A DNA stretch of 64,000 nucleotides, from the NCBI GenBank assembly GCA_051531975.1, contig JAOPTT010000006.1, positions 320,656 to 384,655 of the forward strand, given 5' to 3'. The notes under the pieces are model-generated. The model was not told the origin of the DNA, did not search any database, and saw only the letters and a program-made list of their open reading frames with translations. This stretch comes from Spirochaetaceae bacterium. GTDB taxonomy: Bacteria; Spirochaetota; Spirochaetia; DSM-2461. The position numbers were made by a program, and so were the translations under genes. Below, piece by piece: positions 54,087 to 63,866 of the stretch; the stretch's first letter is position 1, and every line of letters begins with the position of its first letter.

Positions 54087-54117
54087 AACAGCACTTAATT
54101 ATTTAAGTGCTGTTTTT
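54087..54117 (+). terminator. Intrinsic terminator closing the cyd-rnf operon
   Basis: aacagcacttaa-ttat-ttaagtgctgtt followed by ttt. Confidence 0.88.
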
Positions 54118-54249
54118 ATTTATAATCAAAATTCGTAGTATTAAATAATTCATTTTTTATAGATTTTAATTTATATATAAAAATTTATCTTTTAATTCTT
54201 TATTTTTATATCGATATATATTATACTATTAGCATTAGGGAGCAAAAGT

Positions 54250-54405
54250 ATGAAAAATATTAAAAAAAGATTTAATGACTATTTAGAAAGACTAATTGTA
54301 ATCAACGAAAGAGAATTTGGACATGGAAGTTTGTCTTTATTAACTTTTAATAAAATTAATAAAAGATCAGGTAAGCTTAATTCTTTTTATAAACATCTAT
54401 TTTAA
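54250..54405 (+). CDS. Small protein (51 aa) below the ORF-track cutoff
   Basis: gggag SD; MKNIKKRFNDYLERLIVINEREFGHGSLSLLTFNKINKRSGKLNSFYKHLF. Confidence 0.45.
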   Translation: MKNIKKRFNDYLERLIVINEREFGHGSLSLLTFNKINKRSGKLNSFYKHLF

Positions 54406-55195
54406 AGTCACATTCAATATTCCACTCTTTCTGACTAATAAGGGTCTCAAAATTATTTTTTGATATTTTCCAACCAAATGGGGTCATATCTAAAAGATTT
54501 TGAACCATTTGGCCATCTCTTATATTCATTGTGTAGTGGAGGCTTTCTGAGTTTAATAATTTCAATGTTTTTGACTCGTCATTCTTTGTTGAAAGATTTA
54601 GAACCTCTTTGTAAATAATTTCTCTTAATTGGTATAAGTGTCTATTTCCAGGTGTTACCGTTATTAGATATCCATCTTTCTTAATAACTCTGTTTAGTTC
54701 TGTATCTGAAGATGGAGCGTAGATTCTATATAACAGATCTATACTATTATCTGCGACAGGCATTTCAAAAGCACTAGCAACACAGAAATTAACATCTTTA
54801 TATCTCTTAGAGCCATAACGGACAGCAACTTTGGATATATCTAAGGCTGAAATTATATAAGAGTTTGGTAATTGGTCTGCTAAAATTCCTGTATAATAAC
54901 CTTCACCACAACCTAAATCAAAAATATTAGGATTTTGTCTGTCTTTTAAAAGATCTATTATTAAATCTGTAATCTTTTCTACTAGAGGTTTGTAGTTATT
55001 TGATTCAAGGAATGATCTTCTTGCAAGTGTCATTTTACTATTATCACCAGGATCTTTTGTTTTTTTTGAGTTTATAGGCATAAGATTTACATAACCCTCT
55101 TTTGCCTTATCAAAACAATGTCTATTTATGCAAAGATAAGATCTGTCTACTATCTCTAATTTTTTTTTACAATTAGGGCATATAAATAGACTCAC
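54377..55195 (-). CDS. rlmA: 23S rRNA m1G745 methyltransferase
   Basis: CPNC...C..HCFD.AKEGYVNL, PGD...M..ARR.FL, DLGCGEGYY. Confidence 0.92.
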   Translation of the reverse strand: MSLFICPNCKKKLEIVDRSYLCINRHCFDKAKEGYVNLMPINSKKTKDPGDNSKMTLARRSFLESNNYKPLVEKITDLIIDLLKDRQNPNIFDLGCGEGYYTGILADQLPNSYIISALDISKVAVRYGSKRYKDVNFCVASAFEMPVADNSIDLLYRIYAPSSDTELNRVIKKDGYLITVTPGNRHLYQLREIIYKEVLNLSTKNDESKTLKLLNSESLHYTMNIRDGQMVQNLLDMTPFGWKISKNNFETLISQKEWNIECDFKIDVYKKN

Positions 55196-56205
55196 TCTGA
55201 TATACCGTATAGTGTTATTTTATTCTCTTTTCCTCTAAGTTCCTGATCATTATACTCTTCTACTTTGATATTTTGAGGGATAGATATACTTTTATATAAC
55301 TCTTCAGATATTAGAAAAGACTCGTTTAGTTTTCCACATTGACTTTCTATTCTTGCAGTTGTATTTAAAACATCACCCATGTAAGAGATCTCTTTTTTTA
55401 AGTTACCTATTTCTCCTGTAACAACAATACCACCGTGTATACCGGCTTTAAACTCAGGGAATATTCCATATTTTTTTAGATAATAATTTTTTCTTTTTCC
55501 TACTGACTTTTTTATTTGAAAGAAACAACTTAAACAACTGGCATTTTTTATCCCTTTGTTAAAGTTCCAGCAGATAATTGCCTCATCACCAACATATTTA
55601 TATATTTCACCCTTTGAATACAGAACCGGAGCCGATAGGTCAAAAAAGAAATCATTTATAAATGACATGAATTTTAGGTGACCAAGTTTTTCTGCAATAG
55701 TTGTTGATGATTTAACATCTATGAACATGAATATTTTCTTTTCTTCTCTTGGGGTTCTATATCTACCAAATATGATTTTCATTAATACTCCTTTACCAAG
55801 AAGTGAGTTAATCATGATTAAAGATATGAAAAGAAACGTTAATAATATAGAAAATCTAAAACCTCTAAAAAATGCTGATTCATTTATAATATCAGAGAAT
55901 GACATTCCATTAACAATAGAGTTTGTAGTTAATACAACTATAAAAATTGATGAGTAAGATATAACTTTAATGAACAGTAGAGGAAGAAATTTTAGCTTGG
56001 AAGTTGAGTTGTCCAGTATTGTCACTTCAAGAATATTAATTGAAGATCCTATAACAAGCCCAGTCAATCCTCCAGATACTAAAGTTAATAAACTCAAGTT
56101 TTCAAAAAAATTATAAATGGTGAAGGATAAACCTCCAATAAAAGATGATATTCCTACAATTATAATCATTTTTATTCTATGTTTTGTAATTTCATTTATT
56201 ACCAT
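55192..56205 (-). CDS. Membrane-bound class III adenylate/guanylate cyclase
   Basis: About four TM helices; FMFIDVKSST, YKYVGDE, GDVLNTTARIE, LRGK. Confidence 0.9.
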   Translation of the reverse strand: MVINEITKHRIKMIIIVGISSFIGGLSFTIYNFFENLSLLTLVSGGLTGLVIGSSINILEVTILDNSTSKLKFLPLLFIKVISYSSIFIVVLTTNSIVNGMSFSDIINESAFFRGFRFSILLTFLFISLIMINSLLGKGVLMKIIFGRYRTPREEKKIFMFIDVKSSTTIAEKLGHLKFMSFINDFFFDLSAPVLYSKGEIYKYVGDEAIICWNFNKGIKNASCLSCFFQIKKSVGKRKNYYLKKYGIFPEFKAGIHGGIVVTGEIGNLKKEISYMGDVLNTTARIESQCGKLNESFLISEELYKSISIPQNIKVEEYNDQELRGKENKITLYGISE

Positions 56206-57697
56206 TGTAGTCCTTTAAAAAATATGAATGATTTGCATTAAATATAGGAGGTGTCCTATTCAGGATCTCTTTAATATAAATATTTGATTTAAATTCTTTT
56301 TTAAAAAAGTTTCTAACATCTTTTCTATTCCAACCTTTTGGGTGGTTAAAACCGGAATATAAACTTAAGTCCGCATCTGAAAACTTATATGTCTCTTGCT
56401 CTCTAGCTATATCGCTATCTATTGGAAGATTAAAAATAGCCATATTTAAGTATGTTACATATTTATGATACTTAATAATAAAGTTCATAGTTTTTTTTGC
56501 AGATAAATAATCTTCTGTTGGAGTTCCAAATAGCAGATAGATAAATGTCTCTATACCGGCCTCTTTAAGGTTTTCTAGAATTATTATTACATCTTCAAGG
56601 TGAATACCTTTATTCATGTTATCAAGAACGTTTTGATCCCCAGACTCTAATCCAAGTTTTAACATGTAACAGCCCTTTGTTTTTAATAGCTTACAGAAGT
56701 TTTTATCTTTTAAATGAGAGTAAAACTTAGTAAAACCGTACCAGGGTATTTTATTCTCTGATTGTGAAATTGCATTCAGTACAGATGGATTAATTTCGTT
56801 ATCAAGAAAATGAAATAGGGCTGGATTATATCTACGTGTTAGGTAATCCATTTCCTCTAAAACATGTGGTGTCTTTTTAGATATAAACGGGTTATCCTCT
56901 GCTTTTTCAGGGCAGAACGTACATTTTTTCCAACTGCAACCTAATGAGCCGCTAATAGGTATGATCTTCCCAGGGCTGAAATAACTATAATCATCTGTAA
57001 AATCATAATCAGGCTTCAATGATTGTAGTTTATTTTTATCTGGGATCACATTAAGATACTCTAATAGTTGAATCTCTCCAGGACCTATCATTATTTTATC
57101 AATAATACCGGAAAATGGATCAAGCCAGTGGGGAGATTTTGCCCATGAAGTTATTAAACCACCACCTAAAACTATTTTGATATTTGAGTAGTTATCTTTT
57201 AAATATCCGATTAGTGCAAATGTAGATACTGCCTGATTCAGATATTGAAGTGATATACCAATTGTATCTGTTGGGTTTGTTTCTAAAATCTGTGGGATTC
57301 TTTTTGTATAATAATCATAAAAAGGATTTTTTTTATATTCTCTTGCTGCTTTTATCAGGTCATTGCTTTTTAAGGCATCAAAGTCTCTGCTAATATAATT
57401 GGCTAGAGTTATAGATGTATTGCTATTCAGGGTATCGTTTAAACCTTTAGTTAATTCGTTAATAACTTTTATATAAGTATCAAAGTTTTTATAACCATCT
57501 TTTGACTGAATTAAGTCTCTGTTATGTTCTTTTTTAGGGTGTTTTTCGAAATACCTATTTAAAAGAAATTCCTGACCTTCGTAGTTCATGTCTACGATTT
57601 TATATGGGATATTGTGTGCTTTTAAAGCACCACCTAAAATAGGTAAGCCACCTGGGGGTTCACATGCTTTAGCCACCGGTGGGAATATTAATAACAT
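56192..57697 (-). CDS. B12-binding-domain radical SAM protein
   Basis: LIFPP N-terminus, IVLGGG, CSWKKCTFC, GLESG, YLLFGTPTE. Confidence 0.85.
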   Translation of the reverse strand: MLLIFPPVAKACEPPGGLPILGGALKAHNIPYKIVDMNYEGQEFLLNRYFEKHPKKEHNRDLIQSKDGYKNFDTYIKVINELTKGLNDTLNSNTSITLANYISRDFDALKSNDLIKAAREYKKNPFYDYYTKRIPQILETNPTDTIGISLQYLNQAVSTFALIGYLKDNYSNIKIVLGGGLITSWAKSPHWLDPFSGIIDKIMIGPGEIQLLEYLNVIPDKNKLQSLKPDYDFTDDYSYFSPGKIIPISGSLGCSWKKCTFCPEKAEDNPFISKKTPHVLEEMDYLTRRYNPALFHFLDNEINPSVLNAISQSENKIPWYGFTKFYSHLKDKNFCKLLKTKGCYMLKLGLESGDQNVLDNMNKGIHLEDVIIILENLKEAGIETFIYLLFGTPTEDYLSAKKTMNFIIKYHKYVTYLNMAIFNLPIDSDIAREQETYKFSDADLSLYSGFNHPKGWNRKDVRNFFKKEFKSNIYIKEILNRTPPIFNANHSYFLKDYNGNK

Positions 57698-57719
57698 GAC
57701 TTCAATATATCGTATGGGT

Positions 57720-57751
57720 AAAAAAAAAGCTACCGGGATTAACCGATAGCT
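57720..57751 (-). terminator. Intrinsic terminator after ilvC
   Basis: agctatcgg-ttaatc-ccggtagct followed by a T-run on the minus strand. Confidence 0.85.
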
Positions 57752-57776
57752 CTGTTATTATTCTTAATTAAATCTA

Positions 57777-59243
57777 TTAAAGAATTGCCTTCATAGCAGT
57801 CATGTAACCTCTTAGTTTATCACCTACAATTTCTACAGGATGATTTCTAATAGATTTGTTAACTTCAATTAATTTAACATTATCAACACCAGTATCTGTA
57901 GTTGTTAAACCTTTACCACAAACGTCAGTATTAATTTTAGACATAAAATCTTTTAATAATGGCTCACAAGCATTTGCAAATAGGTAACAACCATACTCAG
58001 CAGTATCAGAAATAACGACATTCATTTCGTATAATTTCTTTCTAGCAATTGTATTAGCTATTAGCGGAGTTTCGTGTAGTGATTCATAATATGCAGACTC
58101 TGCTATAATTCCAGAGTTCGTCATAGCTTCAAATGCTAATTCAACACCAGCTTTAACCATAGCAACCATAAGAATACCGTTATCGTAGTATTCTTGTTCA
58201 CTAATTTCGATATCTCCACAAGTAGACTTTTCAAATGCTGTCTCACCAGTTGCTTTTCTCCAACCCAGTAAGTTTTTATCATCATTTGCCCAGTCTTCCA
58301 TCATTGTTTTTGAGAACTCACCACCGATAATATCATCCATGTGTTTATTGTATAGATCTCTCATAATATCTTTTAACTCTACTGATAAGTCATAAGCTTT
58401 AATTTTTGCAGGATTAGAAAGTCTATCCATCATGTTAGTTATACCACCATGTTTTAAACCTTCTGTAATTGTTTCCCAACCGTATTGAATAAACTTTGAA
58501 ACATATCCTTGGTCCATTCCGTCAGCTATCATTTTGTTGTAACAAAGAATAGAACCAACTTGTAACATACCACATAAAATAGTTTGCTCACCCATTAAGT
58601 CAGATTTAACCTCGGCAACAAATGATGATTCTAAACAACCAGCTCTGTCCCCTCCAGTTCCGGAAGCATATGCTTTTGCAATATCCCACCCCTCACCTTT
58701 TGGATCATTTTCTCTGTGTACTGCAATTAATGTTGGAACACCAAAACCACGTTTATACTCTTCACGAACCTCAGTTCCTGGAGATTTAGGTGCAACCATA
58801 ATAACTGTTATATCTTTTCTTATTTGCATTCCCTCTTCAACAACGTTAAAACCGTGTGAATATGCTAATGCTGAATCTTTTTTCATGTGTGGCATAACAG
58901 CAGTAACTACTTTAGAGTGCTGTTTATCTGGAGTAAGGTTAATTACTAAATCAGCTGTTGGTAACATTTCTTCATAAGTTCCAACTTTAAATCCATTTTC
59001 TGAAGCATTTAAAAAGGATTGTCTTTTTTCTGATATAGCTGCTGCTCTTAGTGTATATGAAACATCTAAACCACTATCTCTAAGGTTTAAACCCTGATTT
59101 AGGCCCTGAGCACCACACCCAACAATTACAATTTTTTTACCTTTTAGCTTTTCAACACCGTTGAATTCTGATCTATCCATGAAACGACACTTTCCTAGTT
59201 CGTTTAACTGTAATCTTAATGGTAATGTATTAAAATAATTCAT
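57777..59243 (-). CDS. ilvC: Ketol-acid reductoisomerase, long (class II) form
   Basis: [39 protein letters not shown]; 488 aa. Confidence 0.96.
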   Translation of the reverse strand: MNYFNTLPLRLQLNELGKCRFMDRSEFNGVEKLKGKKIVIVGCGAQGLNQGLNLRDSGLDVSYTLRAAAISEKRQSFLNASENGFKVGTYEEMLPTADLVINLTPDKQHSKVVTAVMPHMKKDSALAYSHGFNVVEEGMQIRKDITVIMVAPKSPGTEVREEYKRGFGVPTLIAVHRENDPKGEGWDIAKAYASGTGGDRAGCLESSFVAEVKSDLMGEQTILCGMLQVGSILCYNKMIADGMDQGYVSKFIQYGWETITEGLKHGGITNMMDRLSNPAKIKAYDLSVELKDIMRDLYNKHMDDIIGGEFSKTMMEDWANDDKNLLGWRKATGETAFEKSTCGDIEISEQEYYDNGILMVAMVKAGVELAFEAMTNSGIIAESAYYESLHETPLIANTIARKKLYEMNVVISDTAEYGCYLFANACEPLLKDFMSKINTDVCGKGLTTTDTGVDNVKLIEVNKSIRNHPVEIVGDKLRGYMTAMKAIL

Positions 59244-59404
59244 AATATAATCTCCTAATAAATAATATAATATTATACTTTACAAAGTGACTCAAGAAGA
59301 AATTGCTGTTTGGATGGTGTTATATTTGAAAGACATAGTTCCATTTATCGCAATAACATATTATGATTATCCCTAAAATTGGAATATTTAAAATAGAGGT
59401 ATAG

Positions 59405-60256
59405 ATGAAAATAGCTGTTCTGGCTGATATTCATGGAAACTTACAAGCGTTAGAAGTTGTATTAACCCATGCAAAAGAACATAAAGTAGACAAATATATT
59501 ATTGCTGGAGATATGATTACAGACTGCCCATCAAACAATACTGTTTTAAAAAAAATGATGATGTTGGACGCATATATTATTAAAGGTAATAGAGAAGATT
59601 ATATATTAAATGAAATAAATTCAGACAAAAATGAATGGATTGGACTGAAACAGATGGAGTCGGTTTTATGGGCTAAAAATCAATTAAAAAAAATTCATTT
59701 AGATTGGATTAAATCTTTACCTGATAATTTAAGTATTTCATTTAAAAATATGGATTCTATTTTACTTGTACACGGCTCTCCTGATAATCAGTTTGAACTT
59801 CTATATCCACATAATTTGGAAAGATTAACTGAGATTGCAAATAATATTCAAGAGCAAGTATTGATTTGTGGGCACTCACACACCCCATGGGAAAGTCGAA
59901 TCAATAATAAACTAATTTTAAATCCTGGTTCTGTTGGTGTAGCATTTAATAAAAATGTAGCTGCTGATTATGGAATAATAGAATGGGATGAAAACAGATG
60001 GAATGTAGAACACTATTCTATACCATACGATATAAAGAGCCTAGAAAATGACTTTTTATCTAATAATACTAACCACTTTATATGGAGTAGACTAATAATT
60101 CAAAGTATAAAAGATGGAAAAAATAGAAATATTGAATTCATAAAATTGGTCCAAGAAATTATGGATAATCAAGGTCTTAAACAAGGTAAATATTTTCCAA
60201 ATGACATTTGGGAAGAAGCTATAAACAAATGGGAGGACATATATCCCCCCACTTAA
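59405..60256 (+). CDS. Metallophosphoesterase (YfcE/calcineurin-like)
   Basis: ADIHGN, AGD, GNRE, HGSP, GHSH, NPGSVG. Confidence 0.9.
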   Translation: MKIAVLADIHGNLQALEVVLTHAKEHKVDKYIIAGDMITDCPSNNTVLKKMMMLDAYIIKGNREDYILNEINSDKNEWIGLKQMESVLWAKNQLKKIHLDWIKSLPDNLSISFKNMDSILLVHGSPDNQFELLYPHNLERLTEIANNIQEQVLICGHSHTPWESRINNKLILNPGSVGVAFNKNVAADYGIIEWDENRWNVEHYSIPYDIKSLENDFLSNNTNHFIWSRLIIQSIKDGKNRNIEFIKLVQEIMDNQGLKQGKYFPNDIWEEAINKWEDIYPPT

Positions 60257-60257
60257 G

Positions 60258-61706
60258 TTATTTAACTGCTACTTGTGCTTGATCAAATTTAACTAATACT
60301 TCTTCTGAAGGTTTTTTAGTTAGAAGACTAACAATTATAATTATTATAAAAGAAATTATAAAACCTGGCAGAAGTTCATAGAAGTATTCACCATCTATTT
60401 TAATGAAGTTTTTAACAATAAAAATAATGGCTGCTCCAGATATTATACCTGCAAATGCACCCCATTTTGTTGTTCTCCTCCAACATACAGAGAGTATTAT
60501 TAGTGGACCAAATGCAGCTCCAAAACCACCCCATGCATACCCAACCATTGATAGGATAGAACCTGAGTCTTTTAATGCAATTAGAAATGCCAATAAAGCA
60601 AACCCTACTACACCAAAACGACTAATCCAACTTTTTCTTTTTTCATCAAGTTTCGCTATTGCTGGAATATCTTCTGTTAAACTAGAGGTCAGAACTAATA
60701 ATTGGGAATCAGCTGTAGACATTACTGCTGCTAAAACTGCTGCAAGAACAAAACCAGAGAATACTGGATGAAATAGAGCTGTAGTTAATGCTAAAAATAT
60801 TCTTTCTGAATTCTCAGAAACACCATCTAATGGGGTTATACCGTTATATCCAATACCTATAATACCAATGATTGTTGATAAAATAAGACAGATAACCATC
60901 CAGCTAATACCAATTCTTCTAGCTTTTGGAACTGATTTAACATCTTTAATACCTATAAATCTAGACAGTATATGTGGTTGACCAAAATATCCAAAACCCC
61001 ATGCCATTAAAGAAGCACCAGTTATAAAAGTTGTTGTAAATTTAAAAGCAGAAGCATTTGAAGCTAATATCATATCTGTACTTCCACTTATTGCGACATA
61101 ACCTAATATTGCTGTAAATACTAAAGCAGTTAACATTAAAAGACCTTGAATTAAGTCTGTCCAACAAACTGCCATATAACCACCTAAAAATGTATATGAA
61201 ACAACAACTAAAGTTGTAATTATTAAAGCTGTATTTTCTGACGCTTTAAAAGTATATGAAAATAGTAATGTACCACCTTTTAATCCAGATGCTACATAAA
61301 GTGTAAAAAAAGCTAAAATAACAATAGTTGAAATTATTTTTAACAGACCTGATCTGTCTTCAAAACGATTTGATATATATGTTGGTAGAGTAATTGCATC
61401 TAGTTTTTCAGTTAAGAATCTTAGTCTACCAGCTACAATTAACCAGTTAAGATATGCTCCAATAACAAGTCCAAGGGATATCCATATACCTTCAACTAAA
61501 CCGCTTGCATAAACTGCTCCAGGAAGACCTAATAATAGCCAACTAGACATATCTGATGCTCCGGCACTAATTGCTGTAACAGCTGGCCCTAAAGTTCTAC
61601 CACCTATAATAAAATCATTGTTGTTTTTGGTTTTTTTTAAGGATACATACCCAATTAGTAGCATAAATGCTAGGTATAATCCAAACTCCACATAGTATAA
61701 TATCAT
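60258..61706 (-). CDS. putP: Sodium/proline symporter
   Basis: AISAGASDMSSWLLLGLPG, GYFGQPHIL, AAVMSTADSQLL, YAWGGFGAAFGP. Confidence 0.93.
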   Translation of the reverse strand: MILYYVEFGLYLAFMLLIGYVSLKKTKNNNDFIIGGRTLGPAVTAISAGASDMSSWLLLGLPGAVYASGLVEGIWISLGLVIGAYLNWLIVAGRLRFLTEKLDAITLPTYISNRFEDRSGLLKIISTIVILAFFTLYVASGLKGGTLLFSYTFKASENTALIITTLVVVSYTFLGGYMAVCWTDLIQGLLMLTALVFTAILGYVAISGSTDMILASNASAFKFTTTFITGASLMAWGFGYFGQPHILSRFIGIKDVKSVPKARRIGISWMVICLILSTIIGIIGIGYNGITPLDGVSENSERIFLALTTALFHPVFSGFVLAAVLAAVMSTADSQLLVLTSSLTEDIPAIAKLDEKRKSWISRFGVVGFALLAFLIALKDSGSILSMVGYAWGGFGAAFGPLIILSVCWRRTTKWGAFAGIISGAAIIFIVKNFIKIDGEYFYELLPGFIISFIIIIIVSLLTKKPSEEVLVKFDQAQVAVK

Positions 61707-61746
61707 ATTTACTCTCCTAAAAAATTAGATAATAAATTATATATTT

Positions 61747-61764
61747 TTGTGAAAAATTACACAA
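61747..61764. promoter_or_regulatory. Rex/CRP-like operator upstream of putP
   Basis: TTGTGAA-aaat-TACACAA, one mismatch to TTGTGAA-N4-TTCACAA. Confidence 0.4.
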
Positions 61765-62022
61765 CTATGTATAAACTTTTTATTATTTGTGTGTTTTTAT
61801 GAAAATATTATATTATTTTGTATAATATTAAAATCTTACATGAAAGTAACGTTTATTTGTAAAATAGAGCAAATTTTAATAGAAAACACATATATGTAGT
61901 TATAAAAATCGATAATAGCAAATTAAACAACATAAAAGTAGCTATATTAATCATAAGTGTTATTTGACTCGTTGGTTCAAATGGGGTAATATCTTTTTGT
62001 ATATTTATACAAGGAGTAAATT

Positions 62023-62814
62023 ATGAAAAAAAATATTTTGGTAGCGCTATTTTGTCTTGCTGCAATAGTGTCTGTACAGGCAAAAGGTACAAATGAAGTA
62101 GAAGTTTCATCACTTAATTTGATGAAAGCAGACACATTAACTATTGGTGTCGAAATTGGTTACCCACCTTTCGAAGATTTTGCAAAAGATGGTGTTACAC
62201 CTATGGGTTACGATATTGACTTCGCTAAAGCACTTGGTGAAAAATTAGGAAAAGAGATAGTATTTATCAATACAGCATGGGACGGTATCTTTCAAGGTAT
62301 TGGTGTTAATTATGATGTAGCAATTTCTGCAATTACTATTACAGAAGAGAGAAAAGATACAATGGATTTTTCTAGTCCTTATATCGATAATTATCAAGCA
62401 ATTGTTCTTAGAGCTGATTCTGATATAACAATTGATAGTTTTTTAGATCTTGAAGGTTTTGCAATGGCAGTTCAAAAAGAGACTACTTCGGATATTCTTA
62501 TTTCTGATTACCTTTCTACAGGTTCATTAACTGGTACACTTGCACAAAATGAAAAAGTTATTACTTGTTTTACACAACTTGAAAACAAAGAGATTGATGT
62601 TGCAATTGTTGACTCAACTGTTGCTACTGCTCAGGTTGGTAAATATCCAGATAAATTCAAAATAGCATTTCTTGATACTAATGAAGCGGAACAATTTGGT
62701 GTTGCAATAAAAAAAGGAAACACTGAATTACAAACTGCTATCGATACAGCTATTGCTGAGTTAAAAGCAGAAGGTTTCTTTACTGAGATCATTGAATACT
62801 GGTTTGGTTCGTAA
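62023..62814 (+). CDS. Polar amino acid ABC substrate-binding protein
   Basis: Signal peptide; YPPFE, GYDID, WDGIF, ITITEERK, FSSPY. Confidence 0.92.
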   Translation: MKKNILVALFCLAAIVSVQAKGTNEVEVSSLNLMKADTLTIGVEIGYPPFEDFAKDGVTPMGYDIDFAKALGEKLGKEIVFINTAWDGIFQGIGVNYDVAISAITITEERKDTMDFSSPYIDNYQAIVLRADSDITIDSFLDLEGFAMAVQKETTSDILISDYLSTGSLTGTLAQNEKVITCFTQLENKEIDVAIVDSTVATAQVGKYPDKFKIAFLDTNEAEQFGVAIKKGNTELQTAIDTAIAELKAEGFFTEIIEYWFGS

Positions 62815-62822
62815 GATTAACC

Positions 62823-63866
62823 ATGAAAGATTTCCTAAAAAAACTAATTAACATTAGAGAATGGGAACAATCTGCAAAAACAACTGCCAAAGTTATTATG
62901 GCAGTTGCTTTTGTTTTATTTGTTCTTTCAATTATAAATGTATCCCAGTCAGATATGACACAAAGTGCTTCTGAGCATATAATAGAAACTATCGAAAAAG
63001 AAAAAGATAGTTCAAGAAAACGGGTATCTATAACATATAATGATTTTAAATTTATAAGTTATATGTCTTTTTCTTCATCTGGAGCTAAACCTTTTAATGA
63101 AGCATATGTAGGCTTTGCAGGTAAAATTTTTGAAGCTAATAATGGTTTTGGTAAGTTTACTGGTCAGATGGTTAACTACACCTATCGAATGCTTGGAATT
63201 AAACAAAACCTTTTACACGGTGTAAAACTAACACTGTTATTAACTACACTATCTATTCTTATAGGTTTTGTATTTAGTATATTTCTTGCTTTAGGTAAGA
63301 TTTCAACCAACAAAATAGTTAGTGCTATTAGTAAGGCATATATATTTTTCTTCCGTGGAACACCACTACTAATACAATTATTTGTTATTTACTTTTCAAT
63401 ACCAAGTATATTTGGCTTTTCATGGAGAGGTCTATTTGATGTTACTGATCCTGAAGCTGTATATAAAGGAGCTTTTTTAGCTGCTTTAATAGCATTTACA
63501 CTAAATGCAGCAGCTTATTGTGCAGAGATCGTTCGAGGAGCTATACAGTCTATAGATAAAGGACAACATGAGGCTTCAAAAACTCTTGGTCTTGGTTATG
63601 TACAAACAATGACCCACATCATTCTACCCCAAGCAACCCGTAGAATGATACCACCACTTTGTAATGAGTTTATTATGATGATTAAGGATGTTTCTCTTGT
63701 TTTTGCAATTTCTTTAATGGATATAACTACTATTTCTAAAACAATTATGACTAGTGAAGGAAGTTATTTGGTATTCCTGCCTGCCCTTATTATTTATTTA
63801 ATTGTAACCGGAATATTTACTTGGTTATTTGGTATGTTAGAAGAGAGGTTATCAGTCTATGAATAA
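62823..63866 (+). CDS. Polar amino acid ABC permease with N-terminal extension
   Basis: FRGTPLLIQL, AAYCAEIVRGAIQSIDKGQHEA, ILPQA. Confidence 0.92.
   Translation: MKDFLKKLINIREWEQSAKTTAKVIMAVAFVLFVLSIINVSQSDMTQSASEHIIETIEKEKDSSRKRVSITYNDFKFISYMSFSSSGAKPFNEAYVGFAGKIFEANNGFGKFTGQMVNYTYRMLGIKQNLLHGVKLTLLLTTLSILIGFVFSIFLALGKISTNKIVSAISKAYIFFFRGTPLLIQLFVIYFSIPSIFGFSWRGLFDVTDPEAVYKGAFLAALIAFTLNAAAYCAEIVRGAIQSIDKGQHEASKTLGLGYVQTMTHIILPQATRRMIPPLCNEFIMMIKDVSLVFAISLMDITTISKTIMTSEGSYLVFLPALIIYLIVTGIFTWLFGMLEERLSVYE

Noticed and set aside
59285..59380. Leader peptide or ilvY remnant upstream of ilvC
   Set aside because: Only short ORFs without an SD, no attenuator hairpins and no LysR similarity.
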